Origin: Candidatus Omnitrophota bacterium
Lineage (GTDB): Bacteria; Omnitrophota; Gorgyraeia; JAFGHF01
Length of the DNA: 64,000 bases
Direction of reading: 5' to 3'
Assembly: GCA_042571705.1 (NCBI GenBank)
Contig: JBHPFV010000003.1
Coordinates: 28,298 to 92,297, forward strand
Shown here piece by piece: positions 7,250-16,415 of this stretch (positions within the stretch are counted from its first letter, which is position 1; each line of letters begins with the position of its first letter). The notes beneath the pieces are model-generated. The model was not told the origin of the DNA and searched no databases. It worked only from the letters and a program-made list of their open reading frames with translations. The translations under genes and the position numbers were made by a program.

Positions 7250-7300
7250 GAAAAGTACTATTGAAGGAGTTCTAAGATCTAACTAAACTGGAGGTACTAG

Positions 7301-8281
7301 ATGAAGTTCCCTTTCAGGTGCGTTTTTGTTCTTATTTGTGCATTAATTTTATTTGCGAGCCAGGGAAAGCTGCTGCTTGCTGATAATATTGGAGATTTGG
7401 AGTATACGATTGAGCTAGAAGGATCTGCAGGTAAAGAAACGATCGCTATTCTGCCCTGCAGCGAGGGTGAGCATACATTCATTGCAATACACGGAGCAAC
7501 CACTACTAATCATCTCATGAGATGGGAAAATTTATGGTCTAAAGGCGAGGTTATATTAGCCGGACTTCCAGGGCACGGAGAAGTTCCTCAGTATGGGCGT
7601 TCACACTATTTACAGTGGACTCCCCAACATTTCATTGATGTTGGCGTGGCAACGGTGAAAAAATATAGTCAGGGGCGAGCAGTCACGTTGATTGGCCATT
7701 CTTTTGGAGGTGGCGTAGCTTTGGGGGTTGCCCTTGAAGCCCCTGAGCTTGTTGAGAGATTGATTGTGGTTGATCCAGTTGTCTGGCCTAAGTTAGGCGG
7801 GCTGGATGCTGTAGTAATGTTTATGTGTTCAGCTCCACCGGTGGGTCGTCTTTTGATTAATTCTATTGTATGGTATACAAAAAGATCGTTATCTGAATAC
7901 AGCAAGGGATTTGAAGCTTTTGTTAGTAAAAGTAACGTAAAAACATTTTGCGCAAGCCCTAAAGTCAAGAAAGTCTTAGCACGAAGTTACACCCCTTATG
8001 TTAAGACTCCAGGGTATACATTTTCCGAAATTTATATGGTAATGAAGAAGTTTGATTTACGTTCTCAGCTTAAGGACAATCCTTTCCGGATCCCCACCTT
8101 GATTATACATGGAGATCAGGACCCGAGCGTACCGTTGATGCAAGCAGAGTGGCTAGCTAAGGCGCTTCCCGATGCAGATCTTGTCGTTCTTCCTGATACG
8201 GGGCATTTGGGTTTCCTGGAAAACGAAGAGTTTTTTAATGAACAGGTGGAAAATTGGCTTGATGCCCATCCGGTTAATTAG
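7301..8281 (+). CDS. alpha/beta-fold hydrolase with signal peptide
   Basis: Nucleophile elbow GHSFGG (GxSxG), late Asp (HGDQD) and His (DTGHLGF), and a hydrophobic N-terminal signal sequence. Confidence 0.8.
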   Translation: MKFPFRCVFVLICALILFASQGKLLLADNIGDLEYTIELEGSAGKETIAILPCSEGEHTFIAIHGATTTNHLMRWENLWSKGEVILAGLPGHGEVPQYGRSHYLQWTPQHFIDVGVATVKKYSQGRAVTLIGHSFGGGVALGVALEAPELVERLIVVDPVVWPKLGGLDAVVMFMCSAPPVGRLLINSIVWYTKRSLSEYSKGFEAFVSKSNVKTFCASPKVKKVLARSYTPYVKTPGYTFSEIYMVMKKFDLRSQLKDNPFRIPTLIIHGDQDPSVPLMQAEWLAKALPDADLVVLPDTGHLGFLENEEFFNEQVENWLDAHPVN

Positions 8282-9357
8282 AAATATGACCTCAGCTCAC
8301 CACGCCTTCGGATATCACAGGTAGCACAATGAAAACTGCCGCCAAAAGAGTAGTTACTGCGGAAAGGTAGCGGTATTGGCTGAAAACCCCAGTTTTTTAG
8401 TGCTTGAATCAACGGCCCTTCTTCTTTTTCTACAATCAGTCGCTTTTCATCAAGATTCAACATATTCATATGCAACCATTGGTTCCAAAGGTATCCAGTC
8501 CGTTGGCTTTTAGGATAAGTAGTCTCGGGGCATTCCAGTATTTCCCATTTTGCTTTTTTAAATATCTTTGGTAACTTTTTGATCGGACGCGCCGGATTAA
8601 CTAAAAGCTTGCCGGGTGCTAGTGGTAAAAACGTAGCATCAATATGCAGGGCCCGCGGATCATCAAACTCAAGTTTATGTACGGTGTATTCACTGCCTAA
8701 AGTTCTTCGCAGCCATTCGATGCCAAAATCATTCGTCACCTGGCTGCGTTGTACAAAAATATCCCTGCCGCATCGTACAGCATCAGCAACATCAATGATC
8801 GGTTCAAATTCGTTGGTGATGTAGCGCTGGTTTCCCATCTTCCACTTAGGGTCATAAAGCTGCTCAATAAGCATCGGCTTAGGACCAACACTCCAACGCG
8901 CCCCCTTTTTAAAATATTCTTTAACCAGAGAACGATAGGCAAAGTTCTCAAAATATCGGCACTTCCATGACATTGTTGATTCTATAATGTGGTCACCGAC
9001 AACCATTAATACATCCCGGGGGTCTTTCTGGTTGTACCCCGACTTTGCTGCCCAATACGGAGTGGCGTAAGGTTTGCTGTTATCGATAGCATCTGGACGA
9101 CGTACGATTACCCCTTCTGATTCCAACACATGAATAAAATTATCAAGATCTTTTTGGGCCTGCTCCACTGCCTGTTTTTGAACCGCTGTCCCACCGAATA
9201 TATTTCTGTAGCCCTGAGTTACTTTTAGAATTTCTGGAGGGGTCAAGGCCTCAAAGGGCTTTTCCCACGACATTACACACGCTCCGTCTATGTTACCGAC
9301 GATAATTTCTTCAAGCGGATCCCACTCATTATGAGAATTTGCTACCTTAGCTTTCAT
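8278..9357 (-). CDS. L-arginine:glycine amidinotransferase (AGAT)-type amidinotransferase
   Basis: Near-colinear with AGAT by eye: SHNEWDPLEEIIVG, EGVIVRRPD, TNEFEPIIDVADAVRCGRDIFVQRSQVTN, HIDATF, and C-terminal GGSFHCATCDIRRRG, which contains the catalytic Cys. Confidence 0.88.
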   Translation of the reverse strand: MKAKVANSHNEWDPLEEIIVGNIDGACVMSWEKPFEALTPPEILKVTQGYRNIFGGTAVQKQAVEQAQKDLDNFIHVLESEGVIVRRPDAIDNSKPYATPYWAAKSGYNQKDPRDVLMVVGDHIIESTMSWKCRYFENFAYRSLVKEYFKKGARWSVGPKPMLIEQLYDPKWKMGNQRYITNEFEPIIDVADAVRCGRDIFVQRSQVTNDFGIEWLRRTLGSEYTVHKLEFDDPRALHIDATFLPLAPGKLLVNPARPIKKLPKIFKKAKWEILECPETTYPKSQRTGYLWNQWLHMNMLNLDEKRLIVEKEEGPLIQALKNWGFQPIPLPFRSNYSFGGSFHCATCDIRRRGELRSYF

Positions 9358-9369
9358 AATTTACCTCGA

Positions 9370-10452
9370 TTAGTATTTAAAAAAATTCTCGAAGTCGCTC
9401 TCAATATATTGTTGTAAAAATTTACTCATCTTTTCCCTTCCCTGAGCATTAAGGTGGTCATAATCTATATAATCATTATCCTTGTCGAATGAAGGAAGCT
9501 CATCTAGGGAAACATAGACAAGATCAAGTTGGTTTGCTTGCTCAAGAAGAAAATCATTATATAAAGTATTGAGCTTATTGTCATATAAGCTATTAATCTC
9601 TTGATTCATTGGAGAATCGACAACAATCACTTTTATATTGTTTCTCTGAAAATATAAAACAAGCTCAACAAACAACTCTTTGCATAAAGGAGTAAGTTTG
9701 CTTTGCTCGAAACTTCTTTTATTTTCACTGCGGAAACGTTTTTCCGTTTTTTCATAAAAATCCGGGGAGCAGCCTGTTGTGAAATAGTACTCTTGAAAAT
9801 CTGGCTTTTTTCCAGTCAAGGCAGCATTTACCATCTTTTCTAAAATGCCTGTCAAAACAAATCTGTGTCTTCGGGGAAAAACGACTTTGTTAACAATGCC
9901 ATCTAAGAATACAGCCCTTTCCCGGAAGACTTCTTTGACGCCAAGGTGCTTTATTAAATATGGCACTATATCCGGATCAAATATAAGATCCCAAGTTACC
10001 GTATAGGGAAAAAAGCGTCCTAGAGAAAAAAGACCATGTTCAGAAATGTAGAATCCCCCCACGTCGGGCATCAAAATTACAACATCAGGTTTTTCTTTTA
10101 CAATTCTATCCTTAAGGAGGAAAAGCTGCACGGGGTTGCCGAACGGGATATCAATTGTATAAAACCTCACCCCCTTAGCAAGGAATTCGGTATTCAAATA
10201 CTTGGTATCATACCCTTGAGCAACAGTGCTACCGCCTAGAATGATCACTCGCTTATCTGCACTCTTTTTATCCGGCATAAAATACAATTTTGCCTCAAGG
10301 CGAAACATTCGTCCCATTATTGGCTCCGAATATTTATAAAAGGTTTGCCAAAAAGCCGGCAGTTTTGCTAAAGTGCCTTGAGTGAGAAAGAAAATCATTA
10401 TCGCGGCAACAAATGACCAAGGAAAATGTTTTTTATAATTAAAATTCGCCAT
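9370..10452 (-). CDS. membrane-anchored SGNH/DltD-like protein (probable MBOAT partner)
   Basis: N-terminal TM helix. GGST block (ILGGSTVAQG) and C-terminal DYDHLN (DxxH) resemble SGNH blocks I and V. Overlaps the MBOAT gene by 14 bp. Confidence 0.5.
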   Translation of the reverse strand: MANFNYKKHFPWSFVAAIMIFFLTQGTLAKLPAFWQTFYKYSEPIMGRMFRLEAKLYFMPDKKSADKRVIILGGSTVAQGYDTKYLNTEFLAKGVRFYTIDIPFGNPVQLFLLKDRIVKEKPDVVILMPDVGGFYISEHGLFSLGRFFPYTVTWDLIFDPDIVPYLIKHLGVKEVFRERAVFLDGIVNKVVFPRRHRFVLTGILEKMVNAALTGKKPDFQEYYFTTGCSPDFYEKTEKRFRSENKRSFEQSKLTPLCKELFVELVLYFQRNNIKVIVVDSPMNQEINSLYDNKLNTLYNDFLLEQANQLDLVYVSLDELPSFDKDNDYIDYDHLNAQGREKMSKFLQQYIESDFENFFKY

Positions 10453-11899
10453 AAATAAAGGCTCCTGGCCCGGAGAACCCCCAATAAAGGACTATCAGCC
10501 AGATCAAAAGCACATAAAAGACTGTTTTAATCCAAAAGTTCCATTTAAGCACCACAAAGTGATCATTCTTAATGAACTGGAAAAACTCAATCACAATAAG
10601 TATCCATGTATGGAATATGAATATAACCAAAAAAGTAGCTGATCCCGATGTTAAGGTAAAGTTAAAAAATAGGTTCCGAATAACATTTACAGCTTGGCCT
10701 ACTGATTTGTACGTTGATGTAGACATATATAAAAGCTCTCCAAATACAAAAGAATGAAACGTAATAAACATACCCAAAGCTCCTAGCCATTTATTTTTCT
10801 TCTTAAGCCGGTCAGGTAAAAAATTACCTGATAATTTCCCCAAGGCATTAGCTACAGTAAGTAATATGCCATGATATAACCCCCAAATGAGAAATGCCCA
10901 AGATGCTTCATGCCATACTCCCATTGTTATCATAGTAATGATAATAGCCAGTGAAGTCCCGCCTATTCCTATTAGCCCTAGTCTCAAACGGGCTCGATTT
11001 AGATAGTAAAAAATATAATCGCGGCACCAGCTGGACAAACTTATATGCCACCGGCGCCAAATATCAAATGGGTTTTTAGCAAAAAATGGAAGATTGAAGT
11101 TTAACATCGTCCTAAATCCTAAGCAGCCAGCAATCCCAATTGCCATGTCCGTATATCCGGAAAAGTCGGCATAGAGTCGAAAGGTACCCGCGTATGCGCC
11201 GATAAGGACATCAAAACCAGAAACCACGCCTTGCTCTTTAAAAATATTGTTTACTATCTGGGCCAGGCCATCAGCAACAAATACCTTCTTGAACAGCCCC
11301 CAAAAAAACAAATAACAACTTTCAGAAAAGAATTTTACATTAAATTCTCTTGGGGCCGCTACCTGTGGTAAAAAATTGGCCGCACGTTCAATAGGGCCGG
11401 ACAATATTTGGGGAAAAAAAGAAATATAAAGAGCATAATCCAGAAAGCTAGTTGCCGGTTGTTTAATTACCTTTCTGTAAATATCAATATTGTAACTCAG
11501 TGATTTGAAAATGTAATATGAAATGCCTAAAGGAAGAATTATATCTAGCCAAAATGATGAAATATCCCCCACTCTCATAATATCTGATATAAGTCGATTG
11601 AAATTATCAATAAAGAAATTATAGTATTTGAAAAAAAAGAGCACCACAGCATGGATTGCTATGCTACTCCAGAGAATACTGTTCTTATGCTTCTGCTCAG
11701 CCCGATAGATACCTATTGCGCAAATATAACCTATGCCTGTCACAAAGAGCATCAAAAAGAGAAAACGCCAATCCCAGCAGGCATAAAAAAAATAGCTACC
11801 CAGAAGTAAAAGTAAATTTTGTTTTTTACGATCTAGGCGCCAGTAAATGATAAATAAAAGCAGAAAAAAGAAAAGAAAATCGTATGACAAAAAGTCCAT
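10439..11899 (-). CDS. MBOAT-family membrane O-acyltransferase (DltB/AlgI-like)
   Basis: 486 aa, polytopic. Contains the conserved WRRWHISLSSWCRDYIFY segment with the catalytic His. Confidence 0.9.
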   Translation of the reverse strand: MDFLSYDFLFFFLLLFIIYWRLDRKKQNLLLLLGSYFFYACWDWRFLFLMLFVTGIGYICAIGIYRAEQKHKNSILWSSIAIHAVVLFFFKYYNFFIDNFNRLISDIMRVGDISSFWLDIILPLGISYYIFKSLSYNIDIYRKVIKQPATSFLDYALYISFFPQILSGPIERAANFLPQVAAPREFNVKFFSESCYLFFWGLFKKVFVADGLAQIVNNIFKEQGVVSGFDVLIGAYAGTFRLYADFSGYTDMAIGIAGCLGFRTMLNFNLPFFAKNPFDIWRRWHISLSSWCRDYIFYYLNRARLRLGLIGIGGTSLAIIITMITMGVWHEASWAFLIWGLYHGILLTVANALGKLSGNFLPDRLKKKNKWLGALGMFITFHSFVFGELLYMSTSTYKSVGQAVNVIRNLFFNFTLTSGSATFLVIFIFHTWILIVIEFFQFIKNDHFVVLKWNFWIKTVFYVLLIWLIVLYWGFSGPGAFIYGEF

Positions 11900-11920
11900 T
11901 CCAGCGCCCTGTTTTCCTCG

Positions 11921-12196
11921 TTAATTTGATTCCTGTTCTTCGCTGTCTTTAATTTCTTTGACGATCGCCGCCATCCCTTGAATCGAACGGGACCGGCTAT
12001 CAAAAAAATGCTCTTCTTCCAGCTTTACCTCAAACGACTGCTCAAGAAAAGTTGCCAAATCGAATACACCCATCGAGTCAATAATCCCTGCTTCAAATAG
12101 ATTAATGTTATTATTTAGCTCGTTTTCACCAACCCGGTAGTGCTCACTTACATATTTTTTGATTAGCTGTATAATTTCCGCTTCGCTTAAAGACAT
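11921..12196 (-). CDS. acyl/peptidyl carrier protein (DltC-like)
   Basis: 91 aa, acidic. Phosphopantetheine attachment motif GIIDSMG. Confidence 0.8.
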   Translation of the reverse strand: MSLSEAEIIQLIKKYVSEHYRVGENELNNNINLFEAGIIDSMGVFDLATFLEQSFEVKLEEEHFFDSRSRSIQGMAAIVKEIKDSEEQESN

Positions 12197-12214
12197 TCAT
12201 CGCCTCCGGATATA

Positions 12215-13486
12215 TCAGTAAAACATTTCTGGTTTAAATGACCTTCGCGCTATCTTAACCTCCCCGCCATCAATAAGTAACTCAGCTGGTAAATCGTGAG
12301 AGAGAAATAAAAGCGGACTCCCTGTATAAACATATGCACCCGAATTCAAAATGGCAATGTAATCGCCGATTTGGGGTTCTACTAATTCCACTGCCAGGCC
12401 CAAAAGATCAAAGGCCGCGCATAATGGGCCGACCACTGCAACTTCCATCTTTTTGCTCTCATCTGTATTAGAAAGATTCACCATTTTAAAATTCTCACGC
12501 ATAAGTTGACCAAACTTACCGCTGGCCGCAAGGTGATGGTTCATGCCGCCATCTAACACACAGAAGTGTTTTCCTCTGGATTCCTTTATATCCACCACCC
12601 GGGCAATATAAATGCCCGCTTGAGCAACTATAAATCGTCCTAATTCGATTATCCCGGTACAATCAAAAAGGCCTGTCTCTTGCCTAAATTGATTAAATTG
12701 CTCTACTAAAGATGCGCAGACATATTTAACATCAATCTCCTTCTGACTTCTAAAATAAGGAATCCCAAATCCACCCCCCAAGTTAACTTTTTTTAAAGGA
12801 ATGCCTGTAGCTTTAAAAACCAACCGGGCCAACTGCAAAATATTTTGCGCATTTTCAATAATTATTTCTTCGCTTAAACATTGCGTACCCGAGAACACAT
12901 GGATTCCTATGAAATTACAGCGTTGCGTTGACTGAAGCAGCCCAAAAAAATCCTGGCATTTCTCCTGATCAATACCTAATTGAGAAGCCTTTCCCCCCAT
13001 TTTAATCGGGAACTTCCTGTTGACCTTCGCAGGGTTGATGCGCATAGAGACATCGGCCGTTTTTCCCAATTCCTTTGCGATTCTCTCTATCCGCTTAAGT
13101 TCATTCAATGACTCTACGCTGATTGAGCCAACGTTTTTGGAAATAGCAAGGGAAAGCTCTTCATCCGTTTTGCCCGGGCCGGCAAAGCTTATCTGGCTAG
13201 GATTCGATCCAGTTCTTAAGACCTCCCTAAGTTCGCCACCTGAAGAAATATCCATCCCATCAACCAATGGCATTATGCCTTTAAGAAGTTCGAGATTGGG
13301 ATTTGCTTTTACACAATAGTAAAGATCAATCGCATCTTTCAGGCTACCCTTGACAATGCTGATTTGGTCTTGAACATGCCTCAGGTCATACAAGAAAGCA
13401 GGCGACCCATATTCAGCCCCAATCGAATGTAAATCAATATCTCTCAGAAACAAATGGTTATTGACGGGACGGAGATTTAGATCCAT
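12215..13486 (-). CDS. fold-type III PLP-dependent decarboxylase (DAP/Orn/Arg decarboxylase family)
   Basis: YCVKANPN with the PLP lysine, the GGGFGIPY motif, and about 420 aa, typical of LysA/SpeC-like enzymes. Confidence 0.85.
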   Translation of the reverse strand: MDLNLRPVNNHLFLRDIDLHSIGAEYGSPAFLYDLRHVQDQISIVKGSLKDAIDLYYCVKANPNLELLKGIMPLVDGMDISSGGELREVLRTGSNPSQISFAGPGKTDEELSLAISKNVGSISVESLNELKRIERIAKELGKTADVSMRINPAKVNRKFPIKMGGKASQLGIDQEKCQDFFGLLQSTQRCNFIGIHVFSGTQCLSEEIIIENAQNILQLARLVFKATGIPLKKVNLGGGFGIPYFRSQKEIDVKYVCASLVEQFNQFRQETGLFDCTGIIELGRFIVAQAGIYIARVVDIKESRGKHFCVLDGGMNHHLAASGKFGQLMRENFKMVNLSNTDESKKMEVAVVGPLCAAFDLLGLAVELVEPQIGDYIAILNSGAYVYTGSPLLFLSHDLPAELLIDGGEVKIARRSFKPEMFY

Positions 13487-13517
13487 GATTATATTTCCCT
13501 TCTTAGAAAATACTAGT

Positions 13518-15050
13518 CTAAGATCTCAAGGAGATTTTGTCTATCTTACCTGATGGCGCCTTGGGAAGAGAACTCCTGAGTTCAATTAGCTCAGGAACCA
13601 TAAAACTCGGCATATTTAATCTACAAAACTTATTTATCTCGCCTGCAGTAATATCTGAAGAGCTGGGGACAACAACAACCTTAAGCTTGGACCCAAACAA
13701 ATCATCCTTAACACTAATAGCAGCCGCTTCTTTAACCAGCGAAGAATTTAGCAGTATCTCCTCAACCTCTTGAGGAGATACTCTTTCTCCCCTGCATTTT
13801 ATCATTTCTGTTTTTCTCCCGGTAATATAGATAAAGCCGTCTTGATCTTTCCTTCCTAAATCTCCTGAGTGGAAGCCGGGGTCGCTGAGCGAACTGTCTG
13901 TCTGCCCCCAGTATCCCGGCATTACATTATCTCCGCTTAAGACCAGCTCCCCCTGAGAACCATTTAGAATCTCATCTCCGGTTTCTCCGATGATGCGAAT
14001 ATTGACAATGCTCATGCCTTTGCCACAAGAATCGACCTTCTCCAGAAGACTCTCTGGACTAAACAGGTGAAGGCAGGCTGCTCCGGCGTTTTCAGTTAAT
14101 CCATACCGTATTGCAATAGAGGCGCCAGGAAATTCACTCCTCAATTCATAAATGAGATTTCTAGGAACATGTGAAAGGCCAATCTCTAAATGTCTCAACT
14201 GATTTTGCAGCTTATCGCGAACAGAAGAGATTCTATTCGCCTTAAGCAGAAAATTATAAATAAACGGAGGGCCGATAATACTCGTTACCTCATTGTTGAT
14301 TATGGACTCGAGGAAATCCGCTGGCGAAAGATTCCCTGGTGAGAGGACAACCGTATTTCTATTATAGACGCAATCTATCAAAGTTGATTTTCCACAGGAA
14401 TGGGCAAGGGAAACTGCCAAGAAATATATCTCGCTGGTATCGATATTAAGATATTGAGTGCGGGACTTTGTTGCGGTAATGAAATTCTTATGAGTGAGCA
14501 TTGCGCCTTTAGGAGTACCGGTAGATCCAGAGGTATATTGAATCATGCAAATGTCTTCTTCCTTCAAGCGGAAGGACTGCAAATTCTCAAGATTTGTTGC
14601 GAGTATTTGAGAATAAAGAGATATCTTTATTCTTTTGCTTGTGGAACAATCCAGGAGAGATTCATCGAATAATATAACGTGGTCGAGAGAGTTTACGTTT
14701 CTTAAGATTTCTTCCAGCACCTCTTTTTCCACACCCTGCACGAACAAAATTTTTACAGAACAATTGGTTAAAGAATAAATAATAAACTTAGTCGACATCC
14801 GCGGGCTTAACCCAACTTCAATACAGCCAGCCTTGAGAGTGGCAAAAAATAATACTACATTTTCAATGTAATTATCCATCAGAATCGCAACTCTATCCCC
14901 TTTTTCCATATCCGATTTTACCAAGAACTTCGCTACAATGTCAGAAATTTCATCAAGGGCTTTGTACGTAATGCACTGAGAACCATAGATAACAGCTTTC
15001 TTGTCGGGGGAACGAACCACAGACCCAGTTAATGCTTCTTGGATCAACAT
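13518..15050 (-). CDS. AMP-dependent synthetase/ligase (DltA-like adenylating enzyme)
   Basis: ANL motifs YTSGSTGTPKG, GDLGRKDQDGFIYITGR and C-terminal PKAPSGKIDK. Confidence 0.9.
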   Translation of the reverse strand: MLIQEALTGSVVRSPDKKAVIYGSQCITYKALDEISDIVAKFLVKSDMEKGDRVAILMDNYIENVVLFFATLKAGCIEVGLSPRMSTKFIIYSLTNCSVKILFVQGVEKEVLEEILRNVNSLDHVILFDESLLDCSTSKRIKISLYSQILATNLENLQSFRLKEEDICMIQYTSGSTGTPKGAMLTHKNFITATKSRTQYLNIDTSEIYFLAVSLAHSCGKSTLIDCVYNRNTVVLSPGNLSPADFLESIINNEVTSIIGPPFIYNFLLKANRISSVRDKLQNQLRHLEIGLSHVPRNLIYELRSEFPGASIAIRYGLTENAGAACLHLFSPESLLEKVDSCGKGMSIVNIRIIGETGDEILNGSQGELVLSGDNVMPGYWGQTDSSLSDPGFHSGDLGRKDQDGFIYITGRKTEMIKCRGERVSPQEVEEILLNSSLVKEAAAISVKDDLFGSKLKVVVVPSSSDITAGEINKFCRLNMPSFMVPELIELRSSLPKAPSGKIDKISLRS

Positions 15051-15093
15051 ATCTTAAACTCCTGATAACAGAAGGAACAGGACACCGCGGTCG

Positions 15094-16362
15094 TTATTCC
15101 TTAATCGCGGGTAAGGTAATAATGAAGGCAGTACCTTGCCCGGGTTTGCTTTTGACCTCAATTTCGCCATTGTGGGCCTGGATAATCTGGTAGCTTACCG
15201 AGAGGCCCAATCCGGTCCCTTTAAACTGAGCCTTGGTGGTATAGAACGGCTCAAAGACCTTATCCAGGTCTTTCTGGCTAATCCCACAACCGGTATCGCT
15301 GAACTCAATGCTTATTTTATCAGGCTGTTTGGCCTGCTTGGCCTTGAGGTTCTTGGCCGTGATCTTGAGCTTGCCCCCTTTAGGCATGGCTTGTTGGGCG
15401 TTTAAGATGATGTTGGTGAACACCTGCTGGAGCTGATTAGCATGGCCCTTTACCTTTTTTAAGCCCGGAGCGAACTTGCAATCTACCTTGACATTGTGTA
15501 TCTTCAGCTGGTTGCCGATTAAGGAGAATATATCTTCAGTAATATGAGTAAGATCTATAGTCCCTAATGGCGTTTGGGACTTTCTGGAAAAATTGAGCAA
15601 ATTCTCTACTATACACTTACAGCGCTCTGACTCCTTTTCGATGTATTTTAGGTATTTCTTACAGGCCTTGAATTCCTTGGCGCCAAAGTCGGCTTTCTTG
15701 ACTTTCTGGAGCATGAATTGGACATAGCCTGAAATTCCCCCCATAGGATTGTTCAATTCGTGGGCTACGCCGGCCCCTAACTGGCCTACAGCCGACATCT
15801 TGGCCGACTGAATCAATTTAGCCTGCGCATCCTTTAATTGCTGGTTAGAGCGCTCTAATTCTTTAGTCCGCTCACGCACCTTTTGCTCTAATTTCTTGCT
15901 ATACTCCTGGATTTGTTTTTGCTTGTCCTTAAGTTCCTGATTCATCTGCTCAATGATCTTGATGTGCTTGAGCCGGCCTTGCTCTAATCGATAGACCTCA
16001 ATATTTCGCTGTACGCTATGCAAGAATACCTCCATCTCAAAAGGCTTATAGATGTAATCATCGACCCCGACCTTAATCGCCCGGACCGGGACATCCGGAT
16101 CGGCGTAACCGGTCATGATAATCACCATGCTTTTTGTCTCGGGGTAGATTTTCTTGATCCGTTTTACCGTTTCAATGCCATCCATCTTTCCGGGCAAACG
16201 CACATCAGCCAGGGTCAGCTCGAAAAAGTTGTTTTTCGCCGCCTCAATGGCGCCGGCTCCATCTTCTACGCCTGTGGCCCGAAACCCCTCTTCCTGCAAC
16301 AGCTCAATTAGGGCCCGGCGAAAATGCTGGTCATCCTCAATCACTAAAATATGTTCTTTCAT
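15094..16362 (-). CDS. hybrid receiver-histidine kinase (REC, coiled coil, HisKA, HATPase)
   Basis: Receiver domain with LADVRLPGKMDG, a long coiled coil, H-box AHELNNP, and ATPase boxes DTGCGI and GTGLGLS. No TM segments. Confidence 0.9.
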   Translation of the reverse strand: MKEHILVIEDDQHFRRALIELLQEEGFRATGVEDGAGAIEAAKNNFFELTLADVRLPGKMDGIETVKRIKKIYPETKSMVIIMTGYADPDVPVRAIKVGVDDYIYKPFEMEVFLHSVQRNIEVYRLEQGRLKHIKIIEQMNQELKDKQKQIQEYSKKLEQKVRERTKELERSNQQLKDAQAKLIQSAKMSAVGQLGAGVAHELNNPMGGISGYVQFMLQKVKKADFGAKEFKACKKYLKYIEKESERCKCIVENLLNFSRKSQTPLGTIDLTHITEDIFSLIGNQLKIHNVKVDCKFAPGLKKVKGHANQLQQVFTNIILNAQQAMPKGGKLKITAKNLKAKQAKQPDKISIEFSDTGCGISQKDLDKVFEPFYTTKAQFKGTGLGLSVSYQIIQAHNGEIEVKSKPGQGTAFIITLPAIKE

Positions 16363-16415
16363 TTAGTATTTACCTCCTTATCCAAGTTCACTTTTTAACC
16401 GGTATCTTAAGATAT

